From Alkalinema sp. CAN_BIN05 (GTDB taxonomy: Bacteria; Cyanobacteriota; Cyanobacteriia; Leptolyngbyales; Leptolyngbyaceae), in NCBI GenBank assembly GCA_026786325.1, contig JAJAYH010000176.1:1-28282 (forward strand): a DNA stretch of 28,282 nt, read 5' to 3'. How positions within the stretch are numbered: position 1 is the first letter of the stretch; the number at the start of each line of letters is the position of its first letter. Below the pieces are notes generated by a model. The model worked only from the letters and a program-made list of their open reading frames with translations, was not told the DNA's origin and searched no databases. The translations under genes were made by a program, and so were the position numbers. Positions 1 through 8,183 of the stretch are shown piece after piece.

Positions 1-1718
1 AATTCTTGATAGGGGGCGCTGGTGCGAGCGATGTTGAACCAATCCACAGATTGTTGAAGCAGATCCGATCGGTTGGATTTGAGGCCCAGATCACCCAAAA
101 CCCAAGCGAGTTGTTGGGGATAGTAGGGTTCCCAGGGAGCTAATTTGTGCGCGTCGTCGAGGTTTTGCCTGAATTGAACGATCGCAGTTTGCTTTTGTTC
201 TGGGGTAGTCTCGGGATTTTCAATAGATGAAATAGATTGAAAGCCCTGGCTCGAAAGCATCCAAGCTCGATGAACTGGAACGAGCCAGATTATTGCGGCA
301 ATCGTCATTCCAGCCATAGCAAAGACCGAGGCTTGAGAGAATTTGGGCGAGAGTTTCGGCGAAATTTCTGACGGCTGAGGATTTAGATCCCGGAGTTCAG
401 CCGCGATCGTCGCCATAAAAATCACCAATGTGCCACTAATACAAAGATTATCCAGTTGATAATCACTAACGCTTTGCAAACTATAGGACGCGATCGCCGC
501 AATCAGACTGTGACTCAAAGGGCTAAGAACTCGGCGAGATTTCCACCAATGGCGACCCAGCCAAATCAAGGTTCCAATCCACAGACCTAAGCCCAAAATC
601 CCTAGTTCGCCCCAGATCTGGGCTGGAGTGCTGTGAAGTTGGAAAGTGAGTTCCGCTTCTCGTCCGGCCCAAATAGGACGAAATTTTTGAAACAGGTGCG
701 GGACGCTGCCTAAGCCCATGCCATAAATCGGCGACTGGAGACCCATTGTCCAGCCGACAGCATTAGTGATGATGCGATAGGCAAACTCCCCAGGAATATA
801 ACCGCCTGCGGTGGCATTGATAATGCCGTTCAGTCGTCCGGTGCTGATGAGGCCGAGAATAATTGCTCCGATCGCCCCAAAACTTAGCCCAAGGAATTGG
901 AGTTTAGAAAATCGGGTGAGCCAGTTTGTCCCAGTTTTACTGCTCCCAGTTTTGTCAGATTGAACTAAAAAGGCAATACCACCAATTCCGATCGCCCCCA
1001 CCAATCCAATCCAGCCAGCCCTTGCACTTGTGGTGTAGAGATCTACTAGTCCTAACCCAGCACCTACCGCAAAAATCCCGCGTAATGCCCCGCTCCTACT
1101 CAAGCTCAACCCCACCAAGCTAGGAATCGCAAGAGTCAGATAGCCCGCCACATAGTTTTGATGACCAAGGGGTGCCCAATTCCGATTTTCGAGCGCCTCA
1201 AAGCTAAATCGCATCACCATGCCTGTCGCTTGTTGGAGTTCACGTAGTCGAGTCACTTAGGGCCACCAAGTCTGAAACATCCAAAGCCCGAGACTCAGAA
1301 TAATAAAAGCCACTTGCAGCAGCCCTTGCAGCGTCAGCAACCGTTGCCGCCTGGAACTATCGTCCATGTAGTGACTACAAGCATAAAGCGCTGCCACCAT
1401 GCAAAGTGCCGCAATGCCCGCCCATTGAGCCTGTTGCGGAAAAACAGCGGTCATTCCAGACTGAACAATAGCCAAAACCGCCACGCCCACAATCCAATCA
1501 AGACCATTCCCTAAACGCTGCCCGCCGTCTGTCCAGGTTTGAATTATCAACCACAGCACGGGACACAGCAACGTCACTTGCCATATCAGCACCCACGGCC
1601 AAGCCACCATTAAAGTGCTGCTATCGGGGAGTAAGGTAAACAGTGCATAAAAACTGAATCAGAGTATTCACAAGAGAGGGCGTGAAGCTGGGTGTGAGGA
1701 AGATTCGGGGGCGTTCAT
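1..1718 (-). pseudogene. O-antigen ligase/polymerase (Wzy_C-like) membrane protein with probable TPR-like C-terminus; interrupted by three in-frame stops and runs off the left edge
   Basis: One continuous minus-strand frame from ATG 1718: MNAPESSSHPASRPLL*IL*FSFYALFTLLPDSSTLMVAWPW...MFQTWWP*VTRLRELQQ...ENRNWAPLGHQNYVAGYL...DLYTTSARAGW...GEFAYRIIT...GMGLGSVPHLFQKFRP...FQLHSTPAQIWAELG...LAPWEPYYPQQLAW. Stops are TGA 1668-1670, TGA 1659-1661 and TAA 1257-1259. The ORF-track entry 1257..1610 is a fragment of this gene. It could be an intact gene with base-call errors. Confidence 0.75.
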
Positions 1719-1815
1719 AAGCGTTAATAAGAGTGACGGGCTGCGCGATCGCTTCACTTATACCCAATTATCTTAAAAAATGCTATTCGATCGATCGGGA
1801 TTAATTAAAAACCCA

Positions 1816-2403
1816 TTAGGGATCAATCTGTTTCAGCAGCCAAAGCGTCGAACTAACCCCTACAAAATGCGCCGTAATCAGGTGCGTATTAGCTAAAACC
1901 AGAAAAATATCTAGCGGCTGTATAAGTTGCAGTTGAGAACCGGGCGAAAAGATTGCTCCCACCGCCATAAATGATTTACCCAGCAGAACCCCCGCGATCG
2001 CCTCCGCTGCGACCACCGCCATCAACAAGCCCACCCCGCGAATGGTCAAACTTCGCCATAGCAATTTAATCGTGTCCGACTTTTTGGGACGAAGATTGGG
2101 ATTTTCCTCTCGAATTCTCCGCCCCATCCGCACATAGTCAAACGACTGGTAAATCCCATAAAATAAAATCCCCAAACTCACCAACGCGAAAACCACACCT
2201 CCTCCTGTGGCCGGATTTGAGGCACTATCTCCGGCAGCCTGTCGCCCCATAGAAAGAGCAACTCCAGCAAAGGCAAAAATAACCCCAGAAATAATAGCCA
2301 GAACCGCTTGAACCCAGAAACTCACCCATCCCACCAATCGGAACGTCTTAGAAACTTGTTTCAAATTAGAGGTATTTAGAGAATTCTCCGCCTGGTTAGT
2401 CAT
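1816..2403 (-). CDS. DUF3611 family membrane protein (Tic21/PIC1-like)
   Basis: 195 aa, several hydrophobic helices; motifs GWVSFWVQAVL and QPLDIFLVLANTHLITAHFVG recognised as DUF3611. Confidence 0.85.
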   Translation of the reverse strand: MTNQAENSLNTSNLKQVSKTFRLVGWVSFWVQAVLAIISGVIFAFAGVALSMGRQAAGDSASNPATGGGVVFALVSLGILFYGIYQSFDYVRMGRRIREENPNLRPKKSDTIKLLWRSLTIRGVGLLMAVVAAEAIAGVLLGKSFMAVGAIFSPGSQLQLIQPLDIFLVLANTHLITAHFVGVSSTLWLLKQIDP

Positions 2404-2582
2404 ACGATTATTAGAATCCTGAATAATTGGTAGTAAGCTACTCTGTTATCTCTTAAAATTCCTATTTCTAACCACTCATATCGGTTAGTCATGCCTAGCT
2501 TATTGCAAAATTTGCTCATTTTCCTATCCCTATACTAAAATAGCTATATTGATTTATCCTCCATCCATTATTAGGCTCCCTG

Positions 2583-2611
2583 TTGTTGAAGGCTGTATTG
2601 TTGAAGGCTGT
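2583..2611. repeat. Tandem direct repeat TTGTTGAAGGCTGT x2, period 15
   Basis: Exact 14-mer at 2583-2596 and 2598-2611 in the DUF3611/pex divergent intergenic region. Confidence 0.95.
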
Positions 2612-2911
2612 TTTTTCCAGGAAGATCCTCAGATATTTTTTTAAACAGAGGGATATATGAGATTATAAAGCTAATAGACAAGTATCCTGAGCTAGATGCT
2701 ATAGGTCAGGAAAAGCTTGCCGAATTAGGGCTGTTTTTTCATCTCTAGGGCAAATTTATTACCTTAGAGAGACGTAAACATCCTATATGGTTTGTTAGCT
2801 TTTTAGCATGTACTGAAATAAGTCGTTCGTAATAGGTAGGTATTGACCTTCTGAAGATGGACGACAAGTTCGGTAAAAGTTGTTGTTTCTCACTCAAAGC
2901 CACACATTATT

Positions 2912-3283
2912 ATGAAGTTTGAAGATATTTACCAGTTCTTTAAAGATCCACCTCCTTTTTATCTCAACAAAGAACTCGCAGTTTGCTATGTACTAGCTGT
3001 GCTGTTAAAAGGCGATTCCTATGGAACCGAACTGATCCAACTTTTGGAAACTGAGTATCCGCTGTATCGCTTGTCCGATACGGTCCTATACAGCGCCCTG
3101 AAGTTCCTAGAAGATCAGGAAATGGTGACGGGGTATTGGAAGAAGGTTGAAGGTCGGGGTCGTCCTCGTCGCATGTACCAAATCCGAGCTGAGGTGATGA
3201 CCCAAGCGCAAGACTTGGCGACGCTATGGGATGGCTATTCTGCAAAACATGAAGCGGCAGCAGCAGCGGCAGCGGCTAAATAG
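2912..3283 (+). CDS. pex: Pex, PadR-family circadian period extender transcription factor
   Basis: MKFEDIYQFF..PP..YL.KELAVCYVLAVL, DSYGTELIQ, LSDTVLYSALKFLED and KKVEGRGRPRRMYQ match S. elongatus Pex as I recall it. Confidence 0.93.
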   Translation: MKFEDIYQFFKDPPPFYLNKELAVCYVLAVLLKGDSYGTELIQLLETEYPLYRLSDTVLYSALKFLEDQEMVTGYWKKVEGRGRPRRMYQIRAEVMTQAQDLATLWDGYSAKHEAAAAAAAAK

Positions 3284-3319
3284 ATCTGAATTAGGTTCCA
3301 TTATCCCGCTATCTTGACC

Positions 3320-3346
3320 CTTACTTGCGCACTTCTTACTTGCGCA
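3320..3346. repeat. Tandem direct repeat CTTACTTGCGCA x2, period 15
   Basis: Exact 12-mer at 3320-3331 and 3335-3346, just downstream of pex. Confidence 0.95.
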
Positions 3347-3480
3347 TGGTAATCGATGGGATGTGGGTCCAAAATTCACCCGGCACCGTGTCCCTAAATC
3401 ACCTATTTAAGACTAATGCGGGTTAGTGCCCTAAGCGGGGTACTATTTTGTAGCTAGTTAGTTTAGGGTCACGAATTGCC

Positions 3481-4026
3481 ATGGGCGACTCGGTTATTAA
3501 TTCGACGTTATTTCTGACCGTGTTGATGACGATCGGACAGATGTTTTTTATACGAGCATCGGTCAAAGATCGGACTGAGACGGTGAGGCTGTCAGGCAAG
3601 CAGTCGCCAGAATTGTTGCTGGATCAACTAAAAAAGTATTTTGCAGACAGAGCTTACAAAGTCACTAGTATTGATGCCGATCGGAACCTAGTTAATTTGG
3701 TCGGAAACGTCCGCCCCAGTAAATTTTTGGCGTTTTATTTGTCAGGGTTAGCCTTTTTTGGAACCCTATGTTTAGTATTAATTCTGAATGTGGTTGCGCC
3801 AGATTTGTCTACGCTGTGGTGGATTATTCTGTCGCTTTCTCCATTAGCTGGCGTGTTTTACTGGAAAAAAGCGGGGCGATCGGAGTCAGTTTCGTTCTTA
3901 CTCGAAGATTCTGAGTCGAGCGACTTGGATGTGACCATGAGTGTGATTAAGGTTCAAGCTCACCGTGATGAAGTGGAGTCTTTACGGCAGTCACTACAGT
4001 TGGAATTGTTAGACGAATCCGAATAG
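3481..4026 (+). CDS. ccb1: Cofactor assembly of complex C subunit B (CCB1, DUF3529), cytochrome b6 heme ci attachment
   Basis: N-terminal helix STLFLTVLMTIGQMFFIRASVKDRT, then VRPSKFLAFYL, PLAGVFYWKKAGR and AHRDE. Confidence 0.88.
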   Translation: MGDSVINSTLFLTVLMTIGQMFFIRASVKDRTETVRLSGKQSPELLLDQLKKYFADRAYKVTSIDADRNLVNLVGNVRPSKFLAFYLSGLAFFGTLCLVLILNVVAPDLSTLWWIILSLSPLAGVFYWKKAGRSESVSFLLEDSESSDLDVTMSVIKVQAHRDEVESLRQSLQLELLDESE

Positions 4027-4177
4027 ATACGGCTGTTGATCGATTGTTGAATTGATTCAATTATTGGGATATTCTCAATAAAAATCGAGGAAATACCAAA
4101 GTACTGCCTCGATTCCATTATATTGTATCTGAAAAAGAATATAGTTATGAATCTGGCCCATAACCTAAGATTCTTAC

Positions 4178-4564
4178 CTAGAACGCACCTACAGGTGTCA
4201 ATTCATCAGCTTCTTCTTCTTCCTCCTCTTCATCATCTTCCATATCATCATCTAGATCGATGTCATCAGTCTCAGTATCTGAGTCATCTTCCATCTGGCG
4301 CAAGCTTGGGAAAAGAAAGTGATTCTCTTCCACATACTGAGCACCGAAAAGACCTTTCTCAGCCCAGAAGTACCGATCGGTGGTGTGTTCGTTGCGTTTC
4401 ACCAACAGTAGCGCTGGGGGGAGAACTCCTTCAGTATGAATGAATTTCCGTGCAGCCGTCACCGGCTTATCCTCACCACAATCAATACTGAACTGTGGCA
4501 CACATTCTAAGATCCGTCGTCCTTCCTGACGACGACGACTCTTCCGTTTACGTCTCCTAGCCAA
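4178..4564 (-). CDS. DUF3155 domain protein
   Basis: MARRRKRKSRRRQEGRRILE...LVKRNEHTTDRYFWAEKGLFGAQYVEENHFLFPSLR; TTG start with AAGGAGG upstream (plus-strand cctcctt at 4574-4580); long acidic tail. Confidence 0.9.
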   Translation of the reverse strand: MARRRKRKSRRRQEGRRILECVPQFSIDCGEDKPVTAARKFIHTEGVLPPALLLVKRNEHTTDRYFWAEKGLFGAQYVEENHFLFPSLRQMEDDSDTETDDIDLDDDMEDDEEEEEEEADELTPVGAF

Positions 4565-4776
4565 AACCCCTTACCTCCTTGAAACTGTTGCGAGATCACG
4601 CTTCTTGTTACAAAACAGTCGAAACTATATGCCGTAAGGCAGTAAGATTTCAACAGGCGATCGCTTATCTACATACATTGAGATATTGAGTGAACAAATC
4701 GTTGAGAAACTCAACATGATAGGTTTAACTCATAATCTAGCGTTGCCGCCTAGCAATATGATAGACGATTCAAACT

Positions 4777-4819
4777 GTAACAAGTGGCACTTAAAGTAGA
4801 TTTAATAATGCCCCTAACT
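4777..4819 (+). promoter_or_regulatory. Possible NtcA-like site GTA-N8-CAC with TA-N3-T -10 box upstream of hik2
   Basis: GTAACAAGTGGCAC at 4777-4790 has one mismatch to GTA-N8-TAC; TAACTT at 4814-4819 lies 23 nt downstream. Confidence 0.3.
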
Positions 4820-4891
4820 TACTCGTTGTAAACCCTTAAAGTCAATCTCTAAATTGAGAAATGTTGGCCAGCAGGTGATAATGGAGGCGAT

Positions 4892-6190
4892 GTGAGTTCT
4901 ATTTTTTCTGGAATGTCTGCGAGTCATGAATTAGTTATTATTTGTCAGTCACAGCTTTCTTTGTTGGTGGAAAGCTTGGGGATTTCCAGTGCGACGGTCT
5001 ATTTGACGGATTCGTGGGAGGGTGGAAATGCCTCACAATTGCAGCGGGTAGCCGTGGTTCCCGTTGAAACAGCCATATCTCGTAATCTTCAACTCTCGGC
5101 AGAGGGCGAATCGACTTCCCGATCGATCGTCGATTCTGAGGCATGTATTGGCAGCGATTCATGTCATCAGCCCAGCAACCATCATCTCAGCAGCCATCAA
5201 ATCGTCCTGCCCTTACTTCAGGACGATCGGGTCTTAGGTGTGTTGGTGGCTGAACGAGATCAGCCTTGGGATGCGATCGCTCAGCTTCAAATAGATGCGG
5301 TTCGGCAAGCTTTGGTTTCAGCTTGTATCTTGGATTTTCGCTCTCAATGGTTTGAGCAGCAGACAGAGCAACAACAAGTTTTTCAGCGGCAGCAAAAGGA
5401 TTTGCTTGATAATTTACTCCATCAATTTCGCAATCCATTAACGGCCATGCGGACCTTTGGGAAATTACTGGTGAAGCGGCTTGTAGATGTGCCTCGGAAC
5501 CAAGAGGCTGCCGACAGTATTGTTAGTGAAAGCGATCGTCTTCAAGCCTTGCTTGTTCAATTTGAGCGAGCGATAGAGGGCGGCGGAATCAAATCCTTAC
5601 CGTTAACCATTGCACCATCGGCAACGAGAGGGAAGACCGCATTACTCCCCGGCACGACACCCGGCACAACACTGGGTCGATCGTTAAGCTTAGCGACATT
5701 GGAGGTTCAATCGGTCTTACATCCGGCCATTCGGTCGGCCTTGGGGGTTATGGACGATCGGAATCAAACCTTGCAAATCGATATTTCCAAATCTTCGATC
5801 TGGGTTTTGGCCGATCGATCTGCCTTAACAGAGGTGGTGATTAATTTGTTAGACAACGCAAGTAAATATACGCCTGTCGGGGGTCTGGTCTGGGTGGAAT
5901 TGGACGATTGCGACGATCGAGTTGAGTTGTGGATTACGGATACGGGTTATGGCATTCCCAAGGACGATCAAGATCGATTGTTTGAGCGCCATTATCGAGG
6001 CGTACAGGCACAGTCAGCGATCGCAGGGACTGGACTAGGACTCTCTATTGCGCGGGATCTGATGCGGCAGATGCAAGGTGAGATAATAGTTTTAAGCCCG
6101 CCACCGATCGACCATGCCGTACGGGGATTTCCGTCAGGCACGAGTCTTCAGGTGACGCTGCGAAAAGCTGACGTGAATCTGGAGACGTGA
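4892..6190 (+). CDS. hik2: GAF-domain sensor histidine kinase Hik2 (chloroplast sensor kinase CSK homologue)
   Basis: N-terminal GAF (ICQSQL..L..S..VYLT, QIVLPL, ACILD); H-box LLHQFRNPLTAMRTFGKLL; N-box NLLDNASKYT; G1 DTGYGI; G2 GTGLGL. Start is GTG 4892 or ATG 4913. Confidence 0.88.
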   Translation: MSSIFSGMSASHELVIICQSQLSLLVESLGISSATVYLTDSWEGGNASQLQRVAVVPVETAISRNLQLSAEGESTSRSIVDSEACIGSDSCHQPSNHHLSSHQIVLPLLQDDRVLGVLVAERDQPWDAIAQLQIDAVRQALVSACILDFRSQWFEQQTEQQQVFQRQQKDLLDNLLHQFRNPLTAMRTFGKLLVKRLVDVPRNQEAADSIVSESDRLQALLVQFERAIEGGGIKSLPLTIAPSATRGKTALLPGTTPGTTLGRSLSLATLEVQSVLHPAIRSALGVMDDRNQTLQIDISKSSIWVLADRSALTEVVINLLDNASKYTPVGGLVWVELDDCDDRVELWITDTGYGIPKDDQDRLFERHYRGVQAQSAIAGTGLGLSIARDLMRQMQGEIIVLSPPPIDHAVRGFPSGTSLQVTLRKADVNLET

Positions 6191-6212
6191 ATCGGAGACA
6201 CACGGAATAAAG

Positions 6213-7289
6213 CTAGATTGCTTGTTTCTCAAACAGGGCTGCTTTTAAATCCTCGGGTTTGAACACGCCAAATTCGGTAATGATTCCTGCAATTAAATTC
6301 GCTGGAGTGACATCAAAGGCCGGATTAAAATAATCAACGCCCACCGTTGGACAAATTACCGTGTTTCCAATCTTATAAATTTCAGCGGTATCGCGCTCTT
6401 CGATTTCAATATGGCTTCCGTCAGGAATACTGAAATCAATCGTCGAGAGCGGGGCAGCGACGTAAAACGGGACATTGTGGGCCTTGGCGATAAGTGCCAC
6501 GCTGTAGGTACCAATTTTATTCGCAGCGTCTCCGTTAGCGGCGATTCGATCGGCCCCCACTACGACCACATCAATCATTCCATGATGCATACAGTGCGCA
6601 GCCATATTATCCGTAATAACTGTGACGGGAATACCTTCTTGGGCACATTCCCAGGACGTTAGCTTGGCACCTTGCAGGCGGGGTCGAGTCTCATCAGCAT
6701 AAACTCGCTCCAGACGACCAGCAGTCCAAGCCGATCGGACCACACCCAGGGCCGTCCCGTAGCCCGCTGTGGCTAGTGCACCCGCATTACAATGGGTTAG
6801 CAAGCGCAGTTTCTGTGGCGACGCTGGGAGGACGGTGAGACCGTTATCGCCCATGGCTTTACAGGTGGCTAAATCGTCTTGGCAAATTTGATGCGCAGTT
6901 TCTAATAGCACTTGACGCAAATGGGCCACGGTGCCAAGAGTTTGGCGGGCTGTTTTCATCATCCGATCGATCGCCCAAAATAGATTCACCGCTGTGGGCC
7001 TTGTCGCTCGCAGCATATTAGCAATTACATCAAGTTGAGTTAGGAATTGATCACGATCGTCCGTTTGGATTTCGGTTGCGCCGAGATAAATACCATAGGC
7101 CGCTGCAATCCCAATAGCGGGAGCGCCTCGGACAATCATGGTGAGAATAGCGCGAGCCATGTCGCTGGAGCGAGTAATTTCAACAACGCTAAATTCTTGG
7201 GGAATACGGGTCTGATCAATGAGAACAACGCGGTCCTGTTTCCAGACAACTGGGTAGACAGGATTGGACGATAGTGTAGGGGAAACCAT
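6213..7289 (-). CDS. mtnA: S-methyl-5-thioribose-1-phosphate isomerase
   Basis: [62 protein letters not shown] and FDVTP. The ORF extends to 7337, but ATG 7289 (MVSPTL) is the more typical start. Confidence 0.96.
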   Translation of the reverse strand: MVSPTLSSNPVYPVVWKQDRVVLIDQTRIPQEFSVVEITRSSDMARAILTMIVRGAPAIGIAAAYGIYLGATEIQTDDRDQFLTQLDVIANMLRATRPTAVNLFWAIDRMMKTARQTLGTVAHLRQVLLETAHQICQDDLATCKAMGDNGLTVLPASPQKLRLLTHCNAGALATAGYGTALGVVRSAWTAGRLERVYADETRPRLQGAKLTSWECAQEGIPVTVITDNMAAHCMHHGMIDVVVVGADRIAANGDAANKIGTYSVALIAKAHNVPFYVAAPLSTIDFSIPDGSHIEIEERDTAEIYKIGNTVICPTVGVDYFNPAFDVTPANLIAGIITEFGVFKPEDLKAALFEKQAI

Positions 7290-7581
7290 GACGTTTGAGT
7301 GGGAGTAAATAGTAAGAATGGGCTGTCGGGAGACCATACTACAAGAGAATGGGGCTGATTTATTGCCTTATTCTGAGACTATTCAGACCCCTTGACAACT
7401 GGCTTAGACGGCTTAACCTACAATGGTTTGGAAAGAAATAGACTAACTTAAATAATCGTCTGAATAACGTTATAAGAACTCTGCTATCAATCTGTTTTGA
7501 GCCAAACAGAATGTATTATTATTTATAGATTCGCGATCGACCTGAAGAATATTAACTGCTAGGAAAGACCGTACTTAATCC

Positions 7582-7974
7582 ATGAGTAAGAAAAAGAAAA
7601 TCGAACCCTTGACAGGTGAAGAGCTGCTTCAGAAAGTCAAAGAGCTAGAAAACTCCAGTCGAGAAGAAAAAGCTAAAGCCTGTGGTTACTCCACCCAAAC
7701 AAAAAATGGGTTAGAGCGCGTCAATATCATGAAGTTCCAGAATGCTTTAATTGATGCGGCTGATATTTTGCCTGCTGGGAAACAGGGTCCGGGGCGAGGT
7801 GGACGCAATGCAAGCTATCGTATTAGTGTGCAGTCCAATGGTAATTTGCTGATTGGCGCGGCTTATACCAAACAAATGGAGTTAGCGGCAGGGGATGAGT
7901 TTTTAATTACGCTGGGCCGTAAGCACATCAAGCTGAAACAAGTTGATCTTGAAGAAGAGGGTGATGACGAATAA
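7582..7974 (+). CDS. cyabrB: cyAbrB (cyanobacterial AbrB-like) transcriptional regulator, probably cyAbrB1/CalA clade
   Basis: LTGEELLQKVKEL...AKACGY and C-terminal GRNASYRISVQSNGNLLIGAAYTKQM...GDEF.ITLGRKHIKL. Confidence 0.92.
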   Translation: MSKKKKIEPLTGEELLQKVKELENSSREEKAKACGYSTQTKNGLERVNIMKFQNALIDAADILPAGKQGPGRGGRNASYRISVQSNGNLLIGAAYTKQMELAAGDEFLITLGRKHIKLKQVDLEEEGDDE

Positions 7975-7980
7975 GCTATT

Positions 7981-8029
7981 GAAGTGGGGAGCACGGTTGA
8001 TGAAGATTACGATCGTACTTCCCTACATC
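7981..8029 (+). terminator. Imperfect hairpin between convergent cyAbrB and clc genes
   Basis: GAAGTGGGGAGCACGG (7981-7996) pairs imperfectly with TCGTACTTCCCTACATC (8013-8029); no clear U-tract. Confidence 0.35.
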
Positions 8030-8183
8030 ATTGTTTCCTGACTAGAGTTTTATTGATTTAAGTTACCGTACCGATCGGATGGTCGAGATTTTATGAGCGA
8101 TGTATTGAAAGATATTGACTGGTCGATCGCATTACCAGCCGGATTAGCCGGGACAATCTTCCTAGGTGGAATGTTGATGATGT

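Noticed and set aside
1257-1670. Stop-codon reassignment (TGA as Trp or Gly) explaining the interrupted ligase gene
   Set aside because: TGA ends hik2 (6188-6190), the 13751 gene and pgeF normally. The interrupting stops across the window include TGA, TAA and TAG, so no single recoding explains them.
7464-7473. Perfect 10-bp palindrome ATAACGTTAT in the mtnA/cyAbrB divergent promoter
   Set aside because: A single AT-rich 10-mer palindrome is expected by chance in a window this size and matches no regulator consensus I can name.
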